From Octopus vulgaris (lineage: Eukaryota): a DNA stretch of 64,000 nucleotides. Position 1 is the stretch's first letter. Every line of letters begins with the position of its first letter. A model generated the notes under the pieces. It had not been told where the DNA came from and did not search any database. It saw nothing but the letters and a program-made list of their open reading frames with translations. Made by a program: the position numbers and the translations under genes. The stretch spans positions 66,650,001 through 66,714,000 of the forward strand of contig OX597823.1 in NCBI GenBank assembly GCA_951406725.2, written 5' to 3'. Positions 41,400 through 53,205 of the stretch are shown piece after piece.

Positions 41400-41878
41400 C
41401 TCCCGGATATGTTTACTCTCAACAGCTAATGAAACTGGAGGAAGCAATCAAAGAAAACCGGCCAGAATTGGCAAATCTTAAAAGAATCGTATTCCACCAT
41501 GACACCATTAGACAACACACGTCTTTGCTAACTCGTGAAAAATTATTGGAGCTTGGTTGAGAACTGATGACACATCCACCATGTAGCCCTGAACGTGCAT
41601 CATCAGATTAGCCTTTTACTTCGAAGTTTGCAAAATTGTTTGAAGGGTAAAACTTTCACTATTGATGATGACCTGAAATCATACTTGCTTCGGTTTTTGG
41701 CTGATAAGGACCAGAAGTTCTATGAACGCAGAATCAGGAAGTTGTCGGAAAGATGGCAAAAGGTCATCCAACAAAATAGAAAATATATAATTGATTAAAG
41801 TTCATTCTTTTTAGGTCAAAAAATGACTTACGTTTACTTCACAGTAAACATCCAAAATTACTTTCTAGCCAACCCTAT
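41400..41878 (+). mobile_element. Mariner (Mos1/Hsmar-type) transposase 3' half plus right TIR
   Basis: EAIKENRPELAN..IVFHHD, HPPCSPE (YSPDL-like), LLRSLQNCLKGKTF, FYERRIRKLSERWQKVI; AATTACTTTCTAGCCAACCC then TA. Confidence 0.88.
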
Positions 41879-41888
41879 ACATACATAC

Positions 41889-41934
<46 letters not shown>

Positions 41935-41989
41935 GTGTGTGTGTGTATACATTAATATATATATATATATATGATAGGTTACAAGCCAC

Positions 41990-42145
41990 TACACATTCTC
42001 TCCTTGTTTCTTTCTGTGTTCCTTTCTGTGGAACAGCGTAGGCTCGAAACGTTAAAGACTTTTTCACTTCCCGAGCGTTATATTAAGACATTTATTTGTT
42101 GTCTACACCACGACTTCGTCTTTTGTTTTTTTTTGTGAACTATCC
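41990..42145 (+). mobile_element. Penelope-like terminal-repeat fragment with hammerhead-like motif, embedded in (TA)n
   Basis: Three homologous copies in the window; motif CTTT-CTGTGGA-A-CAGCGTAGGCTC-GAAA-CGTT-AAAG at 42022-42057. Confidence 0.55.
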
Positions 42146-42240
42146 CTATATATATGTATGTATGTATAATACATTTGTAAGTAAATATAAGGAAACATGT
42201 TATGCGCGTGCGTGTATGCTTGTCTGTATTTATAAATGTG

Positions 42241-42327
<87 letters not shown>

Positions 42328-43984
42328 GCATACATAGATACATGCATACATAGAAACATACATACATACGTAGGCGCACATGCATGAACATACATAAACG
42401 TGATGTTGTATGATGTATATGACCAAAATACAAAAAAAAATGCTCTATCCAGGTTTTGAGTTTTTTACTTTATTGTGTAGCAATTACACACAAACACACA
42501 CAAAAACACACAGAAACAGACACACAAACACACACACACACTCACACATACATTACTGCAAAAATATGCGTATGTTTCGATATGTGCGTTGAAATTTGTA
42601 ACAAAAATAACTACTAAACATTTAATATCATTAGATTTTTTCTTAATCTAATGAACTAAATGTGCTCGCAGCTATTTTCCTCCCATGTGAAAAACATGTC
42701 TGATATTTAATACTTTTTCTCACACTGAAAATCTGTCATTTCTTTGATAATGATAATTGATGATGGTTTATTAGATTTATTTCTATATATGGAACAAACA
42801 TGAATAAAAGAAAGATCTATCAATGTATGCTATTTTCTTGTCCGCACAGAGAAAAGTAGCTTTAACATGCGTATCATGTTTGTGTATAAGAATATCATAT
42901 ACACAAAACTCAGTTACAACTGAATTTTTTTCTACCTTAATTTACAATGTATATTCATTTGGTTTTACTTGACGTTTGGAAACATCTATTAGTGTCGACA
43001 CAAGATCATTCATTCCATTCCTCACTGCTAATTCCAGGTAAGACAGGCACTATTGGCCCTTCACTAAAGTACTGAACGCCAGACCTTCTCAAATGCCATA
43101 TTCGGTAGACATTCGTAGCCTAATACATGCTGGAACCTATGCAGAGACGCATAGTACAAATTATGAACTCCCAAAGTTAATGGATGCAAAAAATCCTTCT
43201 CGCGTGTTGTAAATGCAATCACTGAAAAATGACTTTTCACAGCAGGGTATTTATTTGCTAACAAAGTGGCTCTTTTAATAAATATAAACTATGTATATGT
43301 AAGGGCAACTTGCGACCATTTAGTGAATTATTTCTTGCCATCCTTGCTACAAAACGTAAATATTGTTAGTAAAAAGAACATTCTTATTTAACCAGAGAAG
43401 TAGAAATCACTTCTGCCGACCAAGGTCAGCGTTTATAACCGCATAATTAAAGACTGGCTACTGGTCTTGCGACAGCATAGTCATGCTAGTTTACAATAAT
43501 TTTCAATATATGTATATACATACGTGTGCAGGCGTTACTCTGTCGTAAGAAGCTTGCTTGTCAGCAATATGTTTCCAGGTTTACTTCCACTGCAAAGGAA
43601 TATTATAGTCGTCAATTAAACTTGACTAAGGCTGTGAATATACTTATATTGGTAGAAATTACGGCTAAAATGCTCCAATCCTCTAATAAAGCGCATAAGA
43701 TACACTCTGATTGGGACTGCAATCACTAGCAGAGACGCATAGTACAAGTTGTGAACCCACTAAAGTCAATGGATTCTAGCAAAGTGAATCCTGTAATAAA
43801 TACAAACTCTACATAGTAACTGAAAGGGGCTACCTCGGCTATCAGAATATATGTATTCAGCATACAAATCTATCGATGATTTAGCAGATGGCTGATGTTT
43901 ATACAAAAATTAATAAAAACAGCTACTTGCAATGTTATACCGTGAAGGAAAATCATAGTTGTCAACTAAACGTCACTAAGTGTA

Positions 43985-44210
43985 CGTGTGTTTTTACGTG
44001 TGTATATCAGTGTTTGTACACCTGCTACCTCTTGACAACCGATGCTGGTGTGTTTATGCCACCGTAACATAGCGTTTTGGCCAAAGACACCGATAGAATA
44101 AGAACTAGGCTTACAAAGAATAAGTCCTGGGGTCGATGTTTTCGACTAAAACGCTTTAAGGCGGTGCTCCGACATGATTGCAGTCAAATGACTAAAACAA
44201 GTAAAAGAAT
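43985..44210 (+). mobile_element. SINE family C, 3' half
   Basis: CTTGACAACCGATGCTGGTG...GGCGGTGCTCC...CAGTCAAATGACT. Confidence 0.8.
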
Positions 44211-44511
44211 ATATACATTCATAGTTATTTGTGTGGGATTATCAATCCAGGCAAGACACTTTATATGTTCTTTGTTAACTCACGCCAGGCTAACAACAGT
44301 TTTTAGATTAGGAAAGAAGTCCGCTTATTCTTATGGGAAGCAAGGTCCGATATTATAGTTCATCATCATTCTACATTGTATATCCATGGCTGGTTTTAAA
44401 TATGAAAATTATACCTTGTATTATGCATACTCCTACACACAATCTCGCGCGCGTGCATAAACCTGGATGGAATTCAATTGTATAACATTGTAAATATTCA
44501 CATAATCAATA

Positions 44512-44989
44512 CCGTAAATCCTCGAGTATAGTTCGCCTTTGAGTATAATACGCAGGGGATTTTTAGGGGCTGTACCTCTGAAAAACTTAAACCTTGTGTA
44601 TAATACGCACCCCTTCTCTAACTTGAGTCAAGGAGGTCTATATAACGTCCTTGGTTTGCAAAAATGTATACGGTAACGTCCGTTATTATTATTGTATACA
44701 TAACATAATGCAAACGTGTAGCTTTTTTGAGCATTTTGTTTGCAGAAAATAAAGATATAACAGTAATAACGTTTAATAAATGTTACTATCTGCAAGTTAT
44801 GGATGATTTAAGGTATTTCCGCACCCGACATCACAAATGCTTCTGAATAAACATTGCCGGACAGCAAATAGAGACTCGGAGATTGCTTAGAAAATAATTT
44901 TCATTTTTAACCTCGTATATAGTACGCACTAGGTATTTTGACCTGTAAATTTTGTGGAAAAAATGCGGATTATACTCGAGGATTTACGG
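44512..44989. mobile_element. MITE / non-autonomous Tc1-mariner-pogo-type element
   Basis: Perfect 19-bp TIRs CCGTAAATCCTCGAGTATA ... TATACTCGAGGATTTACGG with TA duplicated on both sides; internal GTATAATACGCA-like repeats. Confidence 0.9.
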
Positions 44990-45546
44990 TAGTTAAACTA
45001 ATTTAATCTTTCATCTCTTGATGATTGCTGTTGTAGGTTAAACCTACAAAACTTGTATTTTTTTTAGTAAACACATTGTGTGAAACTTAGATCGAGAGGA
45101 TAAATTAATTCTTTCTCAATCTGTGGCATTGAAAAGATACTAGCTTTTGTTGTTTCAGAATATTTTACCCCTTTAACAGAGGTCGAGCATTTATTTAACT
45201 GAAGACAGCGAGAAATATATGCAGTTCCATGGAAGTATACATGTTTCCATTGCGTTTTGTTGAATGTGTATTTACTGAATGAAATATGCTGGCAATTTAC
45301 TTTACCCGCTGTCTCGGTATCTTTCTCTTCCACTTAATTTTTTTTCTCTCTATATATGTATATATGTGTGTGTCTTTGTATGCCTGTGAATGTTTGTATA
45401 TACACATTATATATGTATGTATGTATAATACTGTGTATACACACACACACACACATACACACACACACATATATATATATATAAAGTTAATCCAAACAAG
45501 AAAGCACAAAAAAAACGCAACAACGCGAGGACGTGGAACAAATATA

Positions 45547-45609
<63 letters not shown>

Positions 45610-46493
45610 CACACACGCATATACGTTCGTATAAGTATGCATGTATATAAAAGCACACACATACACACAGGAATAAGATCATGCTTGTTCTTTGGAATAT
45701 ATAATTCCATCTTAAGTACAAAACTTACATTTAATAGCATGTAGGAAATACGATGAATAAAATTTATTTATCACAACTTGAGATAGTGCGCAACGACTTC
45801 AAGCTGAGGCTCACGACTACTCATAATGTTGAAGTAAGGATTGAACACGCTTGTTGTTATATACAGCGAGAGAATTGCGAAGATATCATTGTCATACAGA
45901 TACTGAGTATAGCATAAGGAGTGAATCACTTTAAGAATATATTAACAATAGGAAACAATTCGTAAGCTTTAACGAAATACATTTCGTGTAACATGAAGCG
46001 AATACTATTTAATTTGGAATTTCTTTGGAAGATTGTTTCCTTTGAGGAGACTTGCAGTAACAAAGCGGTATAAATTATAAAGAAATACAGTGACTCTCTC
46101 TCTTTGTAACGGACAGTTATAAAATCTCCCTTGCAGATATATAATTTCGTAACAGATGTTCAGAATCTATATCGACTGCTTCACTTGACAAGTATAAATT
46201 AAAAATAATATTCATTATCTAAAGTATAAACGGATGTGAACTAATCATTGAGTTTTTCCTTTAATCACAATTTATATTCTGTATTACAATTCTAAACTTT
46301 AAATCATACAAACCGCATGAAAAAAAAACACACTTTGTTTTACTACTGCTACATAAGTATTTACAAAATTCATGCAATAGAGTTGTAAAACAAAGATCTT
46401 TTCATGATAACATTACTGTACAACGAAGGACAAAGGTGCTTGTAAATACACAGATAACTTATATTTTCCTTGAATCACATAAAATATTTACAT

Positions 46494-46820
46494 AGGCGCA
46501 GGCGTAGCCGTGTGGTAAGAAGCTTGCTTCTCAACCACATGGTTCGGGTTCCCACTGCGTGGCAACCTGCGCAAGTGTCCTCTACTATGTGGGCTGACCA
46601 AATCCTTGTGAGTGGATTTGGTAGGCGGAAAATGAAAGAAGGCTATCGTCTCTATATGTATATGTTGTTTTGTGGGTGTGAGTGTCTGTTTGTCCCTACA
46701 CCATCGCTTGACAACAGATGTTAGTGTATCTACTTCCCCGTAACTTACTGGTTCGGAAAAAGCCTTTAAGGCGGTGCTCCAGCATGGCCGCAGTCAAATG
46801 ACTGAAACAAATAAAAGAAT
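46494..46820 (+). mobile_element. SINE family C, internally deleted
   Basis: Head AGGCGCAGGCGTAGCCGTGTGGTAAG and tail CCAGCATGGCCGCAGTCAAATGACTGAAACAA. Confidence 0.85.
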
Positions 46821-46980
46821 ACTATTTATATCTTCATAAACTACACTCTACTTTGCGCAATTTATATCTTTATAAAAAGATCCATATGCAGTCACCACAT
46901 TTTGTCATTACTTATTCAATCAATGTCCTAAACCTATATTAAATTTGTCATTTAAATTCAATATTTACCCATATATCTTA

Positions 46981-47182
46981 TTCTTTTCTACTCTAGGCAC
47001 AAAATTTGGGGGAGGAGGACAGTCGATTAGATTGACGCGTACTGGCGTCAATCTAATCGACTTAGTTTATCGACCCTAAAAGCAAGGTCGACCTCGGCAA
47101 AATTTGAACTCAGAACACAAAGACAGACGAAATACCGCAAAGTATTTCGCCCGGCGCGCTAACGTTTCTGCCAGCTCGCCGG
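46981..47182 (-). mobile_element. SINE family B with an internal inverted duplication
   Basis: Reverse complement of 51356-51568; perfect 18-bp inverted repeat at 47021-47062. Confidence 0.85.
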
Positions 47183-47504
47183 CTTACACATGCACATTAT
47201 TATAATCGTCATTATAGGTTTCTATAAAACCTATACGTGTCTAAAAGGAAACAAATATTCATACTCCTACAATGAGTTTATTTGAAGTGATTTCAGATTT
47301 ATACATATTTTCATACAGATTTTATAAATATTTATATATACACATATAAACATAAACATATATATAAATATTTATATATCTACATTCATTGGTAGATAAA
47401 TTTTCTTTGTCATTTCAACACCCTCAAACATTTCATCCATATATAAAATTATCGTCTATTTCATTCTACAACATATGTCAACACTTTAACAAACTCCTGA
47501 AAAG

Positions 47505-47640
47505 AGGCCGATAGAATAAATACCACGAGTTACAGAATAAGTACTGCGATTAAATCATTCGACTAAAAAGCAAAATAGTTCTACGCGGTGCCCCATCATG
47601 CATGGCCGCAGTCTAATGACTACGGCAAGCTAAAGATCAA
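47505..47640 (+). mobile_element. SINE family C 3' fragment
   Basis: CCGATAGAATAA...TTCGACTAAAA...GCATGGCCGCAGTCTAATGACT. Confidence 0.65.
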
Positions 47641-48516
47641 AAACCGAATATACATATGTGCTGTTTTCATATATTTATGTAAATATCCATTTATATTACT
47701 TTTATCCGCTTTAAAATCTAATGACTAATCTTCTCCAATTATACATGAATTATTACAGGCGCCAATGCATTTCGAATATTCGAAACACACCAAGATAAAA
47801 GTCTACGCTTCGATTTATTTAACCCATCTTCCAGTTTGTATTAATATGTTACACTCAAAATCTTTATTCGAACTTATTTATAATTCATAATTCTTTCAAT
47901 TAATTTATTTAGTATTTTCCAAATATACAAACGCACTCTCACAAACACCACCACCACTACCTACACACGCACAGATACACACGAACCCATACATATACAT
48001 GCATTCTATTCGATTATGAAATCAATAGCAGTTTGTACATCCAAATTTGTTTTTATTTATTGAATACATGCATGCATTTGTGAATGTGTCCTTGTAATCG
48101 TCATCTATACGCTTGTCGAATCCATTGTGGCAATTTCTTATTTGTGCTGCACCCTTACAATTACTATTCGTAATTGTTGGCATGGAAACAAACGGCTAAT
48201 TCAAGTACAAACAATTTATTTTTGAATTTTTGCACTTACCAGATAATTCAATCATTATTTCTTTTAGTGATGCACAAAAGTATTATACTTCTTCAATAGT
48301 TCTGTACTTACACATTTAATTAAATATTTCCTAATCATATACATTCAAATTTAAATCCATTTACAAGCTATCTAGACTGCTATCGATTTAAACCGAGACC
48401 TAATTAGCACACTGAATAATATTTTACTCCATTGGTTTTCTTGAAATATTTCCTTTCATTTAAATTTACTCAAATTGTTCATTTAAATATACCTAAATCG
48501 TTACCTTATAGCCAAT

Positions 48517-49194
48517 ACTGTGAATACGTCTTGTTCCTAGTAAACAGAACGACTAACGTCAGAGACTTGTACCGTTGAAGCTGTTTTAGAGAACCTGATC
48601 GAACTGGTTTTCCGCAAGATCATTGGCTGAATCATGGACGATAAAGTCAGGATATTTTATGTTTTCATGCCCTTTATTTAGTTTCTTGTTCTCAAATCGG
48701 ATCTGATGCATTTAACGTTATCAACTTCTTCCCGATTTCGTCCGTTTAGCTTCATGATTATTGCATTTTGGTTACGGCAAATAATGAGAACATCGCATTT
48801 ATCTGAAGTGATCAACATTCATATAAGCTTCTATCATTCTATAGACTGATTGTGAGATCTTGGAATTCTATTTTCCTGAATTCCATTTGATCAAATTCGT
48901 CAGAAAAACCCACTTCTCAAAGGAACTATGAAAGGAACATGAAAAGTAGTCCGCCATCATGTAGTATCTTCTGAATGTAAAACATTACATAAAGATGTAG
49001 AAAATGTTCTAAGGAAAAGAGACAGCTGCGTTAAACTTTAAATGTTGTCTTAAATAAGTCTGCCGTTTCTTATTCAGAGTTCTTAGATCGGTTGAATAAA
49101 GATAGTGTGAAATTTAAAATACTTTATTGCTGCCAGAAATCCTTACACAAAATATTGAAGTCCGTGGAAGTTTGGCGAAGATAACATAGCTTTT
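48517..49194. repeat. Local direct duplication of 49891-50583 (internal RTE LINE segment)
   Basis: ~680 bp colinear match with few substitutions and small indels. Confidence 0.95.
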
Positions 49195-49574
49195 AAATAT
49201 ACCTAAATCGTTACCTTATATCCAATACTTCTATAAAAGGAATAACTCTTCCATATCACATGTAACTTTTCCGAATATATATCCAAATTCATCTCAACAC
49301 TTAACCCCAAACATCATCATCATCATCATCATCATATTCCTATAAGTGACTCTAGTAGTTGGGATGCCACTCTCGAAGATAACATAGCTTTTAAATATAC
49401 CTAAATCGTTACCATATATCCAATACTTCTATAAAAGGAATAACTCTTCCATATTACATGTAACTTTTCCGAATATATATCCAAATTCATCTCAACACTT
49501 AACCCCAAACATCATCATCATCATCATCATCATATTCCTATAAGTGACTCTAGTGGTTGGGATGCCACTCTCGA
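49176..49574. repeat. Tandem duplication, two ~198-bp units
   Basis: CGAAGATAACATAGCTTTT...(CAT)n...GGGATGCCACTCTCGA repeated twice. Confidence 0.95.
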
Positions 49575-50970
49575 CACTCTGTGTCTTCTGTCACATTTAA
49601 CTAGGCCACCGTTGTTCAAGCCAATAACAAATCATTAAAATTTCTCGATATTTTCACCCTCTCTCATTCTCATCTTTGCCTTGCATCAATGTTTTTGAAC
49701 AAGGAATGATGACGAGATGTAGGTCTGTAATGTACATGTTTGTGTCTTTCACTTTTGCTAAAGTGACTGTTGCTTGTCAGTAAATTTGACAAGCTGCTGC
49801 CTGACAAAACTGCTGTTGCCTTGCCTACGAAAAGCGTAGCAGCTTCCTAAAGTGCACTGTTTGAATATCACATTCCTTCATTCCACTCTGACTGTGAATA
49901 TCTCGTCTTGTTGCTAGTAAACAGAACGACTAACGTCAGAGACTTGTACCGTTGAAGCTGTTTTAGAGAACCTGATCGAACTGGCTGAATCATGGACGAG
50001 ACGATAAAGTCAGGATATTTTCTGTTTTCATGCCCTTTGTTTAGTTACTTGTTCTCAAATCGGATCTGATGCATTTAACGTTATCAACTTCTTCCCGATT
50101 TCGTCCGTTTAGCTTCATGATTATTGCATTTTGGTTACGGCAAATAATGAGAACATTGCATTTATCTGAAGTGATCAACATTCATATCAGCTTCTACCAT
50201 TCTATAGACTGATTGTGAGATCTTGGAATTCTATTTTCCTGAATTCCATTTGATAAAATTCGTCAGAAAACCCACTTCTCAAAGGAACTATGAAAGGAAC
50301 ACGAAAAGTAGTCCGCCATCATGTAGTATCTTCTGAATGTAAAACATTACATAAAGATGTAGAAAATTTCTAAGGAAAAGAGACAGCTGCGTTAAACTTT
50401 AAATGTTGTCTTAAATAAGTCTGCCATTTCTTATTCAGAGAAATCATATCCTTTGAAAATTAGTATAGTTCTTAGGTCGGTTGAATAAAGATAGTGTGAA
50501 ATTTAAAATACTTTATTGCTGCCAGAAATCCTTACACGAAATATTGAAATCCGTGGAAGTTTGGTGAAGATAACATAGCTTTTGAGGGGTTTTCCGATCG
50601 TTAAATATCTACATGGATGAGCTAATTTCCATCTGCTTACGTCATTTACGTGGATATTTCACTTAAGGTTGTTTAAATGATCAGTGGTACTTGTTGATCT
50701 AAATAGAGCTCATTCATTTCGTCTCAGGTTTGGTTCCCATATCGTCTGATGCTTGATTGTCAGTGCCTTGATGATTTATAACAACACAACAACCTTTCAA
50801 AGTCCCTGATGAGATGTTGTCCATTCGAGGTTGTCTTCATTTTTTAAGTATACATATCTTCTACACCTCCTTCTAGAATATAGGAGCATCTCACGGGTTG
50901 TCTATTTAGGTCACTGGTGCTATGACTAAGTTTATATTCAGTGCAATACTCAAACCGTCTTGTTATATTA
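49510..50970 (-). mobile_element. Old RTE-clade LINE remnant (RT region to 3' tail)
   Basis: Minus strand has MDNISS (RT start region), KLNGRNREEVDNVKCI (xLEEVDxFKYL-like), YKSL, FRKLLR, SKTLMQG and ends in a (GAT)n tail; heavily mutated. Confidence 0.6.
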
Positions 50971-50974
50971 TTTA

Positions 50975-51346
50975 CTAGCAGTATCGCCCGGCGTTGCTCG
51001 GGTTTGTAAGGGAAATAACTATATAAGCATTTTTAGAGAGTTATAGCCAAAAAATAGCAAAAAATGCATTAAAAATGGAAAAAAAATGATGGTAATTTTT
51101 TTTTAAATCGTTGACTCATCGTAGACATTTTTAGAGAGTTACTTCCCTTATATAATAGCGAAAAAAATGCATTAAAATGGAAACAAATTATGGTAAATTT
51201 TTTTTAAATCGTAGACTCATATGGGTCGATATGAATCACGACTATAAGATACCCGGTTTTAGTTAAACTGCACCGCAAAATGTGGGAGTAATTAGGAATC
51301 TAAATCGTAGGAGACAGACACACAACCTCTCTTTTATATATAAAGA
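50975..51346 (-). mobile_element. Non-autonomous Helitron (subfamily 1), second copy
   Basis: Reverse complement of 37732-38127 termini; A|TC...CTAG|T on the minus strand. Confidence 0.88.
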
Positions 51347-51355
51347 TTACTTCAA

Positions 51356-51568
51356 AGACGGCGAGCTGCAGAAACGTTAGCACGCCGGGGCGAAATGCAT
51401 AACGGTATTTCCTCAGTATATACGTTCTGAGTTCAAATTTCGCCGAGGTCGACTTTGTCTTTCATCCTTTCGGAGTCGATAAATTAATTACTAGTTGCGT
51501 ACTGGGTCGATCTAATCGACTAGGCCCCCTCTCTCAAAATTTCTGGCCTTGTGCCTAGAGTAGAAAAA
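51356..51568 (+). mobile_element. tRNA-derived SINE family B with Nin/Deu-like central domain, full length
   Basis: Head GGCGAGCTGCAGAAACGTTAGC, B box GAGTTCAAATT, GTCGACTTTGTCTTTCATCCTTTCGGAGTCGATAAA (Nin/Deu-like), tail GGCCTTGTGCCTAGAGTAGAAAA; TSD TTATTACTTC. Confidence 0.85.
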
Positions 51569-52423
51569 AAATGTTATTACTTCGTGTGAAGAAAGGGCGT
51601 ATTTTTATCTAAGGCACTTAGATTTGTTATGATACTGTCCCAAAACATACACACATACATACACACACACATACATACGCATACATACACACGCACTACA
51701 TCATGTACATTTATATAAATTTATTCAATGGTATAGTTAACACTGTGATCAGACTGTGAAACATACGGTCTGAATAAGTTTCGAGAGGTGACACTTGAAG
51801 TGACAGAGAGCACCTATATATAATATAAATCTACGATTGAATACTTTTGCTAGTAAATGCTTAATATTATTTGACTAAATATATGTATGTGTGTGCGTGT
51901 GTATGTGCAATATGAACCCTATTAACTGATGGTGGGAATGTATATCAACGGTACTCTTAAAGAGTCTCCATGTATTAGAGCTTTGCAGGTTTCTTTAGAA
52001 TCAACTAGCTGTTCGATTCCTATAAAATTGTTATAACACTTCACAAAATTCTTATATAATAATTCCATAATTATTAACTGGGTTGCTGAATTACGTTTTT
52101 TTATTGCGCAAGTATTGGAATTTACTTATTAATTGACTTACCAATTATGTAAGTTCATAAAGTGCAGGTGTTTAATGTGAAAAATTATTATTCGGTAAAT
52201 TGCTACCTAACTCATTCATGTTAGTAAGTCAATCACTCATTAAAGAATGACTTCATTTTTTTTTCTTTCCGATCGATCATTTAATAACAATATAACGCAA
52301 TATTATTTATTGGCTGGTATTTAATTAAGAAAAAAATTTAGTAAAATTTTAGCATCGATGATGTTACGTTAATTTATGTGTGAGTATGTCTGTGTACATG
52401 TGGGTGTATATTTATGTTTGGCG

Positions 52424-52426
<3 letters not shown>

Positions 52427-52495
<69 letters not shown>

Positions 52496-52597
52496 ATATA
52501 TATATGTATATATATATATATAGCAATAAGAAATGGAGGGGATCAAATATATTTATATACATATATATATATATATAGCAATAAGAAATGGAGAGGA

Positions 52598-52635
<38 letters not shown>
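52427..52635. repeat. (CT)n-(TA)n microsatellite with a duplicated GCAATAAGAAATGGAG insert
   Basis: Direct reading. Confidence 0.9.
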
Positions 52636-52636
<1 letters not shown>

Positions 52637-53114
52637 CACCGTTAATTATTGGTATCGTTTCTATTCTGTGTAAGTCAGAAATTTTTTGTACTTAAACATA
52701 TATACTTATTTTAGTAAATAATGTATTTAACACTCTTTGTATATCGATTTGCCTAACTTGCTTATCATTCTATTTACTGCTCTAACCGGTCAAGTTTAAA
52801 CCTTTGAGCACTACTAAGTTTATTTTATACGGAGAATATCTGATTCTCATCTATGAACCATATATAAATATATATTAGCGCAGAATATTTATAATAAATA
52901 CGAAAAGTCTCTTACAACTGTTTCTAGAATATCAAAGCATGTGGGTCGTATGTTATTGAATAAGGACTTCTACGTAAGGTAGGTATTCCATCAGAGAGAG
53001 AGAGAGAGAGATAAGAAAATATGTTTAAATTATAAATTAAACGTACTAGAATGATGCCAAATGCTTGGTTGTTCCTTATCTGTTTAAAATATATTTGTAT
53101 ATGTTTCAATTTGC

Positions 53115-53205
<91 letters not shown>

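Noticed and set aside
48482-49574. Thrice-repeated ~38-bp sequence resembling a CRISPR repeat
   Set aside because: Spacing is irregular (710 and 198 bp), the spacers are duplicated local DNA, the context is eukaryotic and there are no cas genes
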